Shown: positions 12,620-25,310 of the stretch, one piece after another
Numbering within the stretch: the first letter of the stretch is position 1
Layout of the letters: each line of letters opens with the position of its first letter
The notes under the pieces: model-generated
What the model was told of the DNA's origin: nothing
Database searches by the model: none
What the model saw: the letters and a program-made list of their open reading frames with translations, nothing else
Position numbers and translations under genes: made by a program
Assembly: GCF_018350175.1 (NCBI RefSeq)
Contig: NC_058368.1
Location: forward strand, 45,138,001-45,202,000
Length of the DNA: 64,000 bases
Direction of reading: 5' to 3'
Origin: Felis catus
Taxonomy: Eukaryota

Positions 12620-13970
12620 AATTTTAGTGAAGCAATGAATTACATTGATTTTCAAATATTAATCCAAACTTACATTCAAGGAATGAAAACAAGTTTGTTG
12701 TGAGATATCATAGTTCTCTATTGCTGGATTTGATTTGTTGATATTTTGTTAGTACATTTGCATCTATGTTCATGAGAATGACTAGCCAGACATTTTCTTT
12801 TTTTAAATAATGTTTTGTCAGGTTTTGATATCACAGTTATGTTATATTCATAAAAGAATTTGAAAAATATCCCTATTCTCTTGAAAATGTGTGCAGAGAA
12901 GGTGATGTTTCTTCCTTAAACTATTAGAATAATTCAATATTCAAGATATCCAGGTGATATCTTAAAATGAACTTTATTAATCATGAGTTCAATTTTCAAT
13001 AAAGTAAAAGGCAGTTTTAAAAATACTAATGTGTATTTTGAAATTTGTGTATTTTAAGGAATTTATAAATTTTATAAAGTTATTAGGTTTATTAGCACAA
13101 AGTTTTTATACTATTCTATTATTTTCTTTTTAGTTGTTAAAGTTTTTAGTGGTGTTCCCTTTTTACTCCTAATGTTGGCTGTTGGTTATTTTCACACCTT
13201 CCTTTTTAATCCTTGACAGTATTTTTGAGTTTATCAATATTATCAGCTACTTTCTAACAACCAATTTTTGTTTTCTAGAGTCTATTTTATGTTTGTAATA
13301 TGTTATTTAATTTCTGTGTTTATTACCATTATTTTTGCTTTTATTTTTCTTTCCTTGGGTTTAACTCCTTATTTGTGTGTTAAAACGAGATGCATACTTC
13401 GGTCATTGCTTTTTCAATTTTTCTGATTTCTAATGTTTTTAGGGCTATACTTTTCCCCCCAATACTGCTTTGTCAGCATCCCATGGATTTTGATATGCCA
13501 TATTTTAACTATCACTGAATCCAAAAATATTTTCTGATTTCCATTGTAGTCACTTATTATATTTGATAACATTTTAAGGGGATTAATTTTCAACATATCT
13601 AGTAAGCCTTATTATCTATGTTTACTTTAATTGCATCCTGATTAGAGAATATTCTGGGGCTGATTTGAAGGCTGGCTTTTATTCCTTATGAGAGTCATTG
13701 TACCTGCCCTTATTACTATTTGATAGCACTTCCAAGTGCCACCTGAACAGCTGGGATCTATCCCCAAATCCTTCCAGCCCAGTAGGCACTGGGCCACAAC
13801 TTTTGTATCTCTAGCCCCATGAGACTGTGGAATTCTCTACTCAGCCTCTTCACAGCTTTCAAATTGACAAATGAGTCAATGGACAAGCAGTGCTAAATGT
13901 CAAGCTCATTTTCTGAGTTTCTTTTCTCCCTGAGATTTTGGAACACAAGTCCTCACTGCCTTCTAATAAC
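12620..13970 (-). mobile_element. Ancient L1M fragment(s), antisense
   Basis: TTGCTGGATTTGATTTGTTGATATTTTGTT...TTTGCATCTATGTTCATGAGA is antisense to L1 ORF2 ([15 protein letters not shown] region); long T-rich tract. Confidence 0.75.
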
Positions 13971-13974
13971 TTAG

Positions 13975-14008
<34 letters not shown>

Positions 14009-14830
14009 AACGTCATCCAGAAATAAGGCCAATTTAAAGCACTGTTAACATTTGTGGTCAATAAAATCTTAATTTTTAAACACTGTCCTCTATTTCATGT
14101 GTTTCCTTTTGTTATTTTGAACAAAAATTGGAACTGTTTATAACAAATAAACATGGGATTGATTCTAAAATTTTGTGCCTTAGTATCCAAAATTCATAGT
14201 ATATTATCTGTTACATTTTCACTTATTTTAATGAGATTACAAAAGCAAAATAATTCATTAATTCATTAAGAAAAGTCTTAATAGACAAAGATATATACAT
14301 TGCTGGAGTGGACCCCTTTGCAATAACTTGAATCTTATTTATCAGCTTACACAGGACAAAATAAATGTTCCCAGAGAGAAAGCCATTATAAAACCAACAT
14401 AAAACCTCAGGATATATGAAGGTCAAAACTTTCAAGGTCTTAAATTATCTCATTTTCATACTGAATTACCATGTATATGATATTTCCTGTAATTCTTCCA
14501 TCATTTTGTATTAAAACAAAACAAAACAAAACAAAACAAAATAAAGACCTAGTGTGGAGCATACATGCTACAGGGAAGAGATTTTAGGACTTTTTCTTTT
14601 TAATAAACCTATGCACAAGTTTTTAAACAGGGAGTTAAATTATACCAAGTCAAATTAGTGATAGCAGGCATATTAATTTTTTTAAAATCTCAGCTAGATT
14701 TAATCTTAGCTACAAAAAGGGTATGTGCCTTAAACTACAATTTCAATGTGGTATGTATTTGAAGTCTCTCAGGCACAATTTTATGAAGGAAATCAGAACT
14801 TCCGTACCTTTAAAACTCGGGGAATATTTT

Positions 14831-15663
14831 ATGAAAAGATGCTCAACATCACTCATCATCAGGGAAGTACAAATCAAAACTACAATAAGATGTCATCTCA
14901 CGCCTGTCAGAACAGCTAAAATTAACAACATAGGAAACAACAGATGTTGGCCAGGATGCAGAGAAAGGGGAGCCTTCTGATTGCAAACTGGTACAGCCAC
15001 TCTGGAAAATAATATGGAAGTTCCCCAGAAATTTAAAAATAGAGCTACCCTATGATCCAGCAATGGCACTTCTAGGTATCTACCCAAAGGATAGAAAAAT
15101 ACTGATTCAAGGCATATATGTACCCCAATGTTTATAGTAGCATTATCAACAATAGCCAAATTATGGAAAGAACCCAAATGTCCATTGACTGATGAATGGA
15201 TAAAGAAGAGGTGGTGTTGTATATACAATAAAATATTACTCAACCATAAAGAAAAAAGAATGAAATCTTGCCATTTGCAACAATGAGGAAGGGGCTAGAG
15301 AATATTATGCTAAGCAAAATAAGTAAGTTAGAGAAAAAGAAATACATTATGATTTCACTCATCTGTGGAGTTTAAGAATAAACAGATGAACAAAGGTAAA
15401 AAAAGTAAGAAAAGAAAACCAGAAAACAGACTCTTAACTATAAAGAACAAACTGAGAGTTACTAGAAGGGAGGTGGGTAGGGGTAACTGAGAGTTACTGG
15501 AAAGGGGTTAAATGCGATATGGATTAAGGAGGGCGTTTGTTATGATGGGCATTGAGTGTTACATGTAAGTGATGAATCACTAAATTCTGCATCTGTAATG
15601 AATATTACACTGTTTATTAACTAACTGGAACTTAAATAAAAACTTGAAAAAGGAAAAAAAAAA
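14831..15663 (+). mobile_element. 5'-truncated carnivore L1 (ORF2 C-terminus, 3' UTR, poly-A)
   Basis: MKRCSTSLIIREVQIKTTIRCHLTPVR; 3' UTR and AATAAA/poly-A at 15636-15663. Confidence 0.96.
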
Positions 15664-16136
15664 CCTTACATGGAAACTATTAGATTTCCAGTACGATCAT
15701 ATCAAGCCTGGACATTCTACCTGTCCTTAAGTTCATGTATTCATTTAATAAATTATTGTGGTTTTTATCCCCTACACTAATGGAAAAGCAAAACAAAACT
15801 CAGGGATTATTTTCACATGATCTTTTAAATCTTAGAATTTAACTGGCTATATCTAAAATAAACTGTATTGATCCCTAGAACCATTAGAAGCAAGTATATT
15901 AATTATAACATTCTTAAAATTTAGAAATAAATCTTATGTCTAACATATAATGGAGTTGGGTGTACCTAATTATTTTATGCAATAAGTAAGTGGATAAATA
16001 AATATAACATGTATTGGGGACCTAGTATATGCTAGACAATGTTCTACGTACTTTTAATTTTAACATCATTGATTTATGTTACCTTGACTTTATTCTCCTA
16101 GAACTCAGAATAATAATTAAATAAACAGAACTTTAC

Positions 16137-16168
16137 CTGCCATATCAGATGTAATTCTTGGCTCATTC
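16137..16168 (-). other. Candidate 32-nt exon, unknown transcript
   Basis: Minus strand: CTCCCTTCCTTTGTGAATATTTTCCTTTATAG | GAATGAGCC...ATGGCAG | GTAAAG. Confidence 0.35.
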
Positions 16169-16404
16169 CTATAAAGGAAAATATTCACAAAGGAAGGGAG
16201 AAATAAGGGTATTAGATCATTAGCTATTTTTCCTACCTGTGTTTATTAGACTTCTTTTTTATGTTTTTTTAAAAAAATTATTACTAACCAGATAATAGCA
16301 AGAAAAAGGAAAATGTAATAATATCCTGGGATCTTTTTGTAAGATGAAGAATACATACCTGCTGTGCTAAAATACAGTGCAGATGCTGCTTACTGCAAAG
16401 AGCA

Positions 16405-16470
16405 TAACTATCTGGTACCTTATCAGGAAGAGATTATGGTCTGCCAGATAAGGCAGGATTTAAATAAATG
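16405..16470. promoter_or_regulatory. Cluster of three WGATAR sites plus an ETS-like AGGAAG
   Basis: CTATCT 16408-16413, TTATCA 16420-16425, AGATAA 16446-16451, CAGGAAG 16424-16430. Confidence 0.35.
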
Positions 16471-16747
16471 ACTATACACAGAACTATAGATAATGCAAAC
16501 ATTGGCAAAAATGTCTTAGTCTCTATGAGTCTGTTCTGATGTAGCTAAGAACACAGGCAGTTTCAAAATAGGCAAAAGCTGTTTCACTTTAAACTCTGAT
16601 GGAGTGAGATACAAAATCATCCTGGAAATGCACTGTGCCAAACTAGAGCATTCTTCAGTCTGCTAGAAAATTCTTTATGATTTCTTTCTAGCCTTATCTG
16701 TAGGTTTTACCTCTCACTACTACCATAATTTTCACAACTCAAAAGAA

Positions 16748-16749
<2 letters not shown>

Positions 16750-16790
<41 letters not shown>
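16750..16790. repeat. (TG)n microsatellite
   Basis: Direct reading. Confidence 0.97.
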
Positions 16791-16793
<3 letters not shown>

Positions 16794-17122
16794 AACAGGG
16801 AAGAAGTAAAATAAACACATCCTGTTCAATAGCCCAAATTACTTATGGTTAGTAGAAAATTCAGGGAAACTTTTATAACTAAAGCATTGCAATCAATGGT
16901 GGCACAAAGAACCAAGGTCTATTTTGAGGGCTTCACATTTCTACCACTCAAGCTTCCACTAAGACACATTTTCCTATTTGAAATAGTTGATGCTACTGTC
17001 CTCAGGTTGTAGCCACTCTGGGTGTAACACACCAAAAGGAAGTAAGATTCATTCAGAAAATGTTTACTAAACACAAACTCTATAGACTGGGCATTGTTCG
17101 AGGCCATTTTCTGTGTTGGAAA

Positions 17123-17520
17123 TACTCTGTCCAGTGATTAGGTACTAACCACATCTGGCTATTAAGCACTTGAAATGAGATGGATATGACTAATGAATTG
17201 ACTTTGTATTTGAATTTATTTTTAATTATCATTTTTCCAACGTTTATTTATTTTTGGGAGAGAGAGAGAGAGAGAGAGTCAGAGCATGAGAGGGGGAGGG
17301 GCCAAGAGAGAGGCGAGACACAGAATTCAAAGCAAGCTCCAGGTTCTGAGCTGTCAGCACAGAGCCCAATGAGGGGTTCCAACCCACGAGCTGTGAGATC
17401 ATGATCTGAGCCAAAGTCGGTCGCTGAACCAACTGAGCCACCCAGATGCCCCAGTTTTTTAAATTATTTTAATTTTAAGAGTCCCATGTATCTAAAGGCT
17501 ATCATATTGGAGAGTGCAGT
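17123..17520 (+). mobile_element. MER3-like hAT-Charlie relic, split by a SINE
   Basis: CCACATCTGGCTATTAAGCACTTGAAATG...GGCTATCATATTGGAGAGTGCAG matches the recalled MER3 consensus. Confidence 0.75.
17232..17452 (-). mobile_element. Can-SINE
   Basis: Antisense head and tail. Confidence 0.94.
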
Positions 17521-17529
17521 TTAGGCACT

Positions 17530-18230
17530 GAGATTTGCAATAGCAAACAAAAGAGACAAGGTTCTAGCTCACAGGTGGCCTCAATTCTAGTAGGATCAAT
17601 CAGGCAATAAGTACACAAACCAATGTATGTATTCTGGTAATAAGTGCTATCTAAAATGGGGATTGAGAAGGGGCGTCTGGATGGCTCAGTCGGTTGAGCA
17701 TCCTACTCTTCATTTTGGCTTAGGTCATGGCATCAAACTCTTCATGGGTTCCAGCGCCCTCTGAGGCTACACACTGAGCATGGAGCCTGCTTAAATTTCA
17801 GTCCTCTCCCTTTGTCCCTCTCCCCCACTTGCATTCTGTCTCTTTAAAATTAAAAAATAAATTAAAAATAAAATACACAAAATAAAATGGCAACAGAGAA
17901 GTTAGGAATTGAAATGAAAGTCTGTTTTGGAGAGGATAAACAGGTAGAGTGAAATCTGAGCCAAACCTGAAGCATAGAAGCAATTCATGCTTATATATTT
18001 GGGAAGAACATTTAAAGCAGAGGGAACAGAATGTTCAAAACCCTCAGAATGGGAGTATGCCTCACATATTCAAATAGAGCAAGAAGACCACAGTGCTTCA
18101 ATAAGGGACAGGTAGAGAGTCAACAAAGATGAGGTAGGCCACATCATTCAGAGCCTTAAAAGCCCTATGGAGAACTCTGATTTTTCTAGTAGATGATAAG
18201 GAAGCCATTGAGTTACATACTAAAAAAAAA
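17530..18230 (-). mobile_element. L2 fragment (antisense), interrupted by a SINE
   Basis: GGGAAGAACATTTAAAGCAGAGGGAACAGAATGTTCAAAACCCT...GGAAGCCATTGAG. Confidence 0.7.
17670..17885 (+). mobile_element. Can-SINE
   Basis: GGGGCGTCTGGATGGCTCAGTCGGTTGAGC head, A-rich tail. Confidence 0.92.
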
Positions 18231-18454
18231 TTACAAAATTCATAATACATAATTAGAGAAATAACAGCATTAAAAAATCCTATGCCGAACATGTTGTAAA
18301 GTAGTTTCTAGACACAAGAGCAAGTCTCTTCATACAAGACACAGTAAATTCCCTTTTGTCCTCAATTAATAGAACAGAGGTCTCCCACTTTTGCTACACC
18401 AATATCTCACGCACTTAGCAGTATTTTTAAACTTACACGATATTTTATGCTTAC

Positions 18455-18678
18455 TTTTTTAAAAAATTTTTTTTCAACGTTTATTTATTTTTGGGACAGA
18501 GAGAGACAGAGCATGAACGGGGGAGGGGCAGAGAGAGAGGGAGACACAGAATCGGAAACAGGCTCCAGGCTCTGAGCCATCAGCCCAGGGCCTGACGCGG
18601 GGCTCAAACTCACGGACCGCGAGATCGTGACCCGAGCTGAAGTCGGACGCTTAACCGACTGCACCACCCAGGAGCCCC
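18455..18678 (-). mobile_element. Young Can-SINE with perfect TSD
   Basis: CpG-rich; TSD TATGCTTACTTTT at 18446 and 18679. Confidence 0.97.
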
Positions 18679-18799
18679 TATGCTTACTTTTTGCAGGGAA
18701 TTTGGAATATAGAAATAGCAGAGTAATTTGGAATTCCCAAACTTCTTGAGAAAATTATCTAAACTTTCTTTTTCTTTTTCCTATTTCTCATCATCCCTC

Positions 18800-19310
18800 A
18801 AGCCTTGGCAGAGTGAGTTCTCAGAAACTGTTCCATCCGAGTCACTAATGGCTTTCTAGCTAAATCTAGCACATGTTTCTTTATGCTACTTGATTTCTTG
18901 GCATTCTCTAGCTCTGTTAGCCCTGGCGTTCCTCTTTTAATGCACTTTGATTTTAGCTTCTGAGATAAAACTCCAACCTGAATTCTTCCAAAAGGCTCTG
19001 ACTGTTCACTTGTAATGTCTTTAGTGGTGTTCTGTTCTTGCGCTCACGGCATTAAAACAAAAGTTCTTTGGGTTCTTGCACTGTGACTTCTACCCTCCTT
19101 GGTTGCACAATTTTCCTGGGTTATTTCATTCCATAACTTCATTTGATACTTCTGTGCCAAAGACTTCTAAATTAGAAATTTCACATCCACTCATTTGCCT
19201 CAGTGTTGCCTCAAATACATATCCCCCCCATCCACTTTAATCCTCCGCACTCTTTTCTAACTGAATAGCTCCAACATACATATGGTTGTTGAATCCAAAA
19301 CCTAAGGTTC
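18800..19310 (+). mobile_element. L2 fragment
   Basis: GTCACTAATGGCTTTCT...GCTTCTGAGATAAAACTCC...ATTTCATTCCATAACTTC, degenerate L2. Confidence 0.55.
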
Positions 19311-21269
19311 CTAAGCCAAAACAATCATCCTAATTACTAATTATGACTTTGTTAAATGCTGTATATATCATACATTGGAGTCATTACTACATGTCAAGTA
19401 AAAATGAAATACAGACCTCAAAAGCAGGTGTCAAAGTCCAATACTTGACTCTAAAATATTTTGCAAGCTGATTTACATTCTAAATTCAGTTCCCTTTAGA
19501 CAGGAGTGTAGAAAAAGTTCTTACCTTTGCTTCCCACCTTCCACTTAAGCTAAGTCCATTTCGCTAGGAGGGCCAACATCTATTCTACCATGGAATTTGC
19601 AGAGTGCATCAGATTTTCACAAAAATAACTCATGTCCAACATCCCACTGGGCAATGGTCATGGTATGTGGTTATTCTTTTTTTCTTCTATGCCTCACTTG
19701 AGAATAGAAACCCTCGATAATAACTGTCCATGGACCGAGCTACCCAGATACATTTATACATTCACTTTTTCTCAAGGTTCTTGACATCTTTCAGGTAGTA
19801 CTGGCAGGCAGTCTAAAAAAGTCTCATTTCTTTCTCTTTTCTCTTCTTTCTACTCAGGATAGTGACTTTTGGAAATGAAGTGACTGGTATCACATCCACA
19901 CATTGTTTCTGCCAGACTTGTGTCATATGCCCTGAATCATCTTTCTGTAACCTATTCCACAAAACATTGCAGTTCTCTAAGGCTTTAGACATTTAAAATG
20001 AAAATCCAGAAATATAAAAAGGCTATTTCTGTTTTATTTCTTTTCACTTTTTCCTTCCCAAACCAAAGAAAGTTGATGATTATTGAACAGGAAGAGAGGA
20101 AAAATTAAATATTTTTTAAAGTTTTCAACAAGCATCTCAAAATATTACACTATGCCATATATTTTAATTTCCTATATATTGTCTGCATTTCTTTCTACCT
20201 GAAAACTCAGTACAAGCTGGAAATATATGTAACTCCTTTGCCTTTATATCCTTATTGGTGTTAATGTCAGAGATATGGAAAATGAACATACATTTATGGA
20301 TAATATAAATGGATATTTATTATAGAAAACCCTTATCTGTCTTCTTCTTCATATGTAGACACAATCTCCATGAGTTGTGGCAAAATTGCTTATCCCTGTG
20401 GCCAAATAGAGAATAGAATTATGATCAAAGATAAGGAAGGGCATTGCTCTCATTCAAAACTCTATCAAGATTGTCAAATTCCTCAGAGTAACATTTACAA
20501 AAAATTATTCAGACTTCAGATTTAGATCCAAATGAGAATTTTTAGGAAACTAACAATCTAAAGCAGAGTAGGCAGCTATCTTAATATCCTTAGGAGGCCT
20601 TTGGTTTGTTTTATTGCAGATTTAATCTTTTAGATGTGTTATTGGGCATGAACCAAAGCCAAATATGTTTAACTAGCAAAGCTTTGCAGTTATTTCAGAA
20701 TTGCTCACTGGAATGTGTTATTACAGATAGAAAATGATGTTTTAAATCTGTTAGAGTGAGTGCATTTTTCTTAGAAACCGCATATGTGCTTAGAAACAAC
20801 AATATTTATTTGAATAAGAAAATTGGGTTGCTAGATCTTGTATTTAGAACACCAGTTCACAGGTTTTTATATTTTAATTTTTTTCATGGATCCGTTCATG
20901 GTTAAAATACAGTTGAAAACTAAACTCTTTTATTTATATTTTTTAGTGGATAATATTCTGAAATCCTTCTATTGAAAATTTACTAATTTGTTTCTAATTT
21001 TAAATACTAACTATATACCTCTAAGACTGAAGTGATGTCTTTAGTAGTATGTGATGGTCTTTTACATCAATTATTTAATAAATAGCCATTCAATGCTCCA
21101 TCTGTTTTATGGACATTTTGGATAGAAACCTTTACTGCACCTGCTTGCAACATCTAAATGTTATTATCTAGCCTGTCTCCCATTTTCTTACCTGTTAAAG
21201 GCTAAACTGGTTAAAATAGGCAGATACCTGCTGAGACTTTTTTTTTCTTGGCTTGTGCCTTCTTTGCAG

Positions 21270-21314
21270 TAAACTGCACAGGAATATTATACAGGTGGAG
21301 CAACTAAGGGCTAA
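21270..21314 (+). other. Candidate 45-nt exon
   Basis: TTTTTTCTTGGCTTGTGCCTTCTTTGCAG acceptor and TAA|GTAAGT donor. Confidence 0.4.
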
Positions 21315-21349
21315 GTAAGTATAGGCTGAATCTGTTTTTGTTTGTTTGT

Positions 21350-22150
21350 TTATATTTCATACATTTTAATTTTTGCTATATTTTTGAGATAAACTGTTAC
21401 ATAAAATTGTGTAAGACTGAGGTGTACAAAGTGTTTGTTTAATGCATTTTTATATTTGCAATATAAAACTTTATAAATATAAATATATATTTGCAATATA
21501 AGTATTGCACTATAAATATATATATAAATATAAATTGCAAATATATAAATTTGCAGTATAAAACACAAAAGCGTTAGCAAACCCCTTTATCATATCATGT
21601 AATCTATTTCTTTTTTTTGCGTGTGTTGAGACCAATTAAGATCTAGTCTCTTATTAACTTTGAAATGTATAATACAGTATTATTATAATCACTATGTTGT
21701 GCACAAACTGTATAGAACTTATTTATTTACTAGCTGAAAGTTTGTACCCTTAAATAACATCTCCCCAGTTCCCCACCCTTCAGCCCTTGGCAACCACCAT
21801 TTTGTTCTCTGTTTTCAAAACTTCAATATTTTTTTTTCAAGTTTAATATTTGTAGGTTTTATATATAAGTGATATCATACAGTATTTGCCTTTCTCTGTC
21901 TGAACTATCTCACTTGGCAAAATTTCCTCAAGGACCATCCATGTGTATCAAATGGTAGGATATCTCAATCACATTTTCTTTATCCATTTATCTGTTGATG
22001 GACACTTAGGCTGTTTCCATATCTTGGCTGCTGTGAATATTGCTTCAATGAACATAGGTGTGCAAACATCTGAGATATTGATTTCAATTCCTTCGGTGTA
22101 TACCTGAGAGTGGGATGCCTAGATCATATGGTAGTTCAATTTTCAATTAT
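21350..22150 (-). mobile_element. L1MA/MB-type 3' end, antisense
   Basis: CCCTTGGCAACCACCATTTTG, TTATCCATTTATCTGTTGATGGACACTTAGGCTGTTTCCATATCTTGGCT. Confidence 0.9.
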
Positions 22151-22169
22151 TACTCCAAGAAAGGCAGCC

Positions 22170-22324
22170 TCCTTATTTGTGTGCTCTCTACGGCAGCTTT
22201 TGTGTTACAATCGTAGACCTAAGTAATTGTGACACAGATAATATGGCCCAAGAGTCTAAAATATTCAGTAATTGGCCAACCAATTCAGTGAGTTTGCTAA
22301 CTCACGAAGTTTGCCAACCCTTGC
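22170..22324 (+). mobile_element. MER58-like hAT-Charlie fragment
   Basis: CTACGGCAGCTTTTGTGTTACAAT...ATATGGCCCAAGAGTCTAAAATATT...AAGTTTGCCAACCCTTG. Confidence 0.7.
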
Positions 22325-22679
22325 TTTGTTAGAATAATATAAAAATGCAAATTCATATGTTCTTTCATTAACAATTTTTCTTGTTGTAAGTAGACTAATA
22401 AACGTTTATTGCCACACATTTTCTACCACAGGGCATGGAAAGCCCACAGAATTGAAAATAAGATAAGGGTGGGAAAAGGGGTTACTGGCAAGATATAATT
22501 TTAGGAGGAGGAATGTTGAAGAGAAAAATAACAGCTGGTGCAAATACAGGCAAGAGTTGCTCAGGGGAAGCATGCAAGAGGGAGGTTTTATTTGTAGAGG
22601 TTTGCGAGGAACAGTTCTACCAAAAGTAAATTGAAAATTAGGCCTATGTTTGTTTTGTGGCCATATTACAAAGGTGAAC

Positions 22680-23180
22680 TATATCACTCCTCCCCCACCC
22701 CCACAAATATGGCTGAACATAAGGACTGATTACGCCCACTCATATACCAAGATGGTATGGAAAGGTTTATTGCTGACATAATGAGGTTTACGCACTAAGG
22801 GTGAAAGCAGAACAGTCTCTAAAGCTTGTCCGAAAATGGCTTGAGGGAGAGAAAGAAAAGGAGACTGGCTTGGGTTTTTCTGGTGAAAGTTTATTTATAT
22901 ATTGTTTAGTAATCTCTATACCCGAGGTAGGGCTCAAACGGCATGACCCTGAGATCAATAGTCACATACTCTTCTGACTGAGCCAGCCAGGCACCCCTGT
23001 CTTGGGTTTTATAGTGATAAGAGGTAGGGGCTTAGATGAGCCATGATTTGAATGTCCTTCCACCAACACCAAAGGAGAGAGCACCGGGGATTTCTTATTA
23101 GTTTGCCTATACGTGATCAGAGGGGGAAGGAGTAGTGAGGCTTGAAAGCTATCCCCAGGCAAACATAAAAAATGTAGTTA
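22680..23180 (-). mobile_element. ERVL-class solo LTR (MER76-like), split by a short SINE
   Basis: Minus strand CATTTTTTATGTTTGCC...AGCTTTCAAGCCTCAC...GCAAACTAATAAGAAATCCCCGGTGCTCTCTCCTTTGG, TATAAAA and AATAAA. Confidence 0.65.
22890..22997 (-). mobile_element. Short Can-SINE-type tRNA-derived SINE
   Basis: ...GACTGAGCCAGCCAGGCACCCC; flanking CTTGGGTTTT duplicated. Confidence 0.85.
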
Positions 23181-23249
23181 TCTGAATATTCAGCATTTTT
23201 TCTTTTGGAAATCTCACTAGAATATAAATATGGGATTTGAGTTTCAGGG

Positions 23250-23468
23250 TTTTTTATTTTTTTTTAATGTTTTTATTTATTTTTGAGACAGAGAGAGACA
23301 GAGCATGAGCAGGGGAGGGGCAGAGAGAGAGGGAGACACAGAATCTGAAACAGGTTCCAGGCTCTAAGCTGTCAGCACAGAGCCCTACACGGGCTCGAAC
23401 CCAGGAGCAGTGAGCTCCTGACCTGAGCGGAAGTTGGACGCTTAACCAACTGAGCCACCCAGGCACCC
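23250..23468 (-). mobile_element. Can-SINE
   Basis: TSD AGTTTCAG. Confidence 0.95.
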
Positions 23469-23484
23469 AAGTTTCAGTTTTGTT

Positions 23485-23630
23485 TAAATAACTGGCATTT
23501 GGTCAAGTCTTTTAACCTCAAGTTCATACTTGCGCAAAATGGTAATGATAATACTAGGACTCCATACCTCACAAAAGTACTGTGATATCCATGAGAAATA
23601 TTTGTGGAATAAAACTGAGAACTAAATAGT
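23485..23630 (+). mobile_element. MIR fragment
   Basis: TTGGTCAAGTCTTTTAACCTC...AAAATGGTAATGATAATA...TACCTCACAAAAGTACTGTGA. Confidence 0.6.
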
Positions 23631-24699
23631 AAGGGGTTGGGGGGGGTGGAAGTGTGCTATTATATGTTAGTGTTTTATATTCTGGGAGCTGCTGGTTTTA
23701 AATACAGGCTATTTGAGTACAAAAATAGACTGGTTATTTGTGCGAAGTTTTGTAGATGGCTCAAAGTATTTTTGAAGGTAATTGCAAGACTGCTTTTGTT
23801 TCCTTTAAGCGACAATTTTTGTGTCAGAAAAAAAATGCTATTTTGAAATTATCTGGGTTATCACTTCAGTAGAGAGAAAGAAAGGATAGTGTCATGACCT
23901 TCTGGTTACATTTTGACACGGTTGTATTAAAAAACAAGATAAAAATCTTAACCAACAACAACAAATTATTAGGCACTTATCAGTTGCACAACATAAATAG
24001 ATGCTGTAAAAAATTGTCTTCACAGGAGTGCCCCACTGGTTCCAGGTGGAAACAGGATAAATATCTTCTAATTGAAACACTTTATAACCACTCCTATATT
24101 TTAATTTATGGCTGAAAATATGCATTCCAACAGCAACTCATCTGACATTTACAAGCTGAGAAAGAATATGCCTTCCTTGCTGCTACTGGCTATAAAAAAT
24201 GATAATAATAAGAATGACAAGGAACTCCTACAACCAAATGTTGACCTCCAGGCTCACAAAAATGAAACTAAAGAGATTCGCAATAGTAAATCACCACAGT
24301 GAATTTTCTAGTACATATTTTTAAAAAAGACCCATAGCTGATTCTAAAAGCAAGTTACACTAAAATCTGAGGTGCTTTAAAACTTCTAAAAAATTCTCAA
24401 TAATTGTCTATTTTCAGATATCCGTTATGCCTCATAGTTTTGTTTTTTAAGTTGCCATACAATTGACCAAGAGCAATGTCATATCAGGGGACATGTTTTA
24501 TGCTTACTATCCCTTTTTAAATGCTTCAGGAGAAGGCATGAACAAATCAGTTATGCATTGTATGCATTTTTTTATTCTTAATGAAATCAATACTACATCA
24601 TCCTGGTAATAAAAATAAATTTTGTGTCTCCTAAATTCTCTGATTAAACTCACATTTTCATTTCACTCGTTTTTGGCAACTGAGAATTATTTTGTTGTA

Positions 24700-24911
24700 T
24701 ATTATTTTTTATTTAAGTTTATTTATTTCTTTTGAGAGAAAGAGAGAGTGAACAAGGGAGGGGCAGAGAGAGAGGGAGAGAGAATCCCAATCCCAATGTG
24801 TACTTTCAGCACAGAGCCTGACAGAGAGATTGATCTCACAAACTGTTAGATAGTGACCCAAGCCTAAATCATGAGTTGGCTGCTCAACTGACTGAGTTAC
24901 TCAGGTGCCCC
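24700..24911 (-). mobile_element. Can-SINE (older)
   Basis: Antisense head ...GAGTTACTCAGGTGCCCC. Confidence 0.9.
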
Positions 24912-25095
24912 TGAATATTCTTGATAAATATATTTTATTATCAATATCTACCTTATCTGGGCACTGAAGTATTATACCACCTTAAAAAACTTAAATACAG
25001 TAAATCTTAAAAAATTTAAAAAAGAATACTTTAGAGGTATTATATTTTCCCCAAATTCATCTAATTTTTAGCTTAACCATAATTCTCAACATTCT

Positions 25096-25310
25096 TTTGT
25101 TGTTGTTGTTGTTGTTGTTGTTGATTTATTTTTGAGAGAGAGAAAGTGTGAGCACAAGCAACAGAGGGGCAGAGAGAGAGGGAGATAGAGAATCCCAAGC
25201 AGGCTGTACTCAGTGCAGAGCCTGATGTGGGCTTACAATCCATGAAATCATGATCTGAGTGGAAGTCAAGAGTCAGAAACGTAACTGACTGAGCCACCCA
25301 GGCATGCCCC
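25096..25310 (-). mobile_element. Can-SINE with (TTG)n tail
   Basis: TSD AACATT(C/T)TT. Confidence 0.93.
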
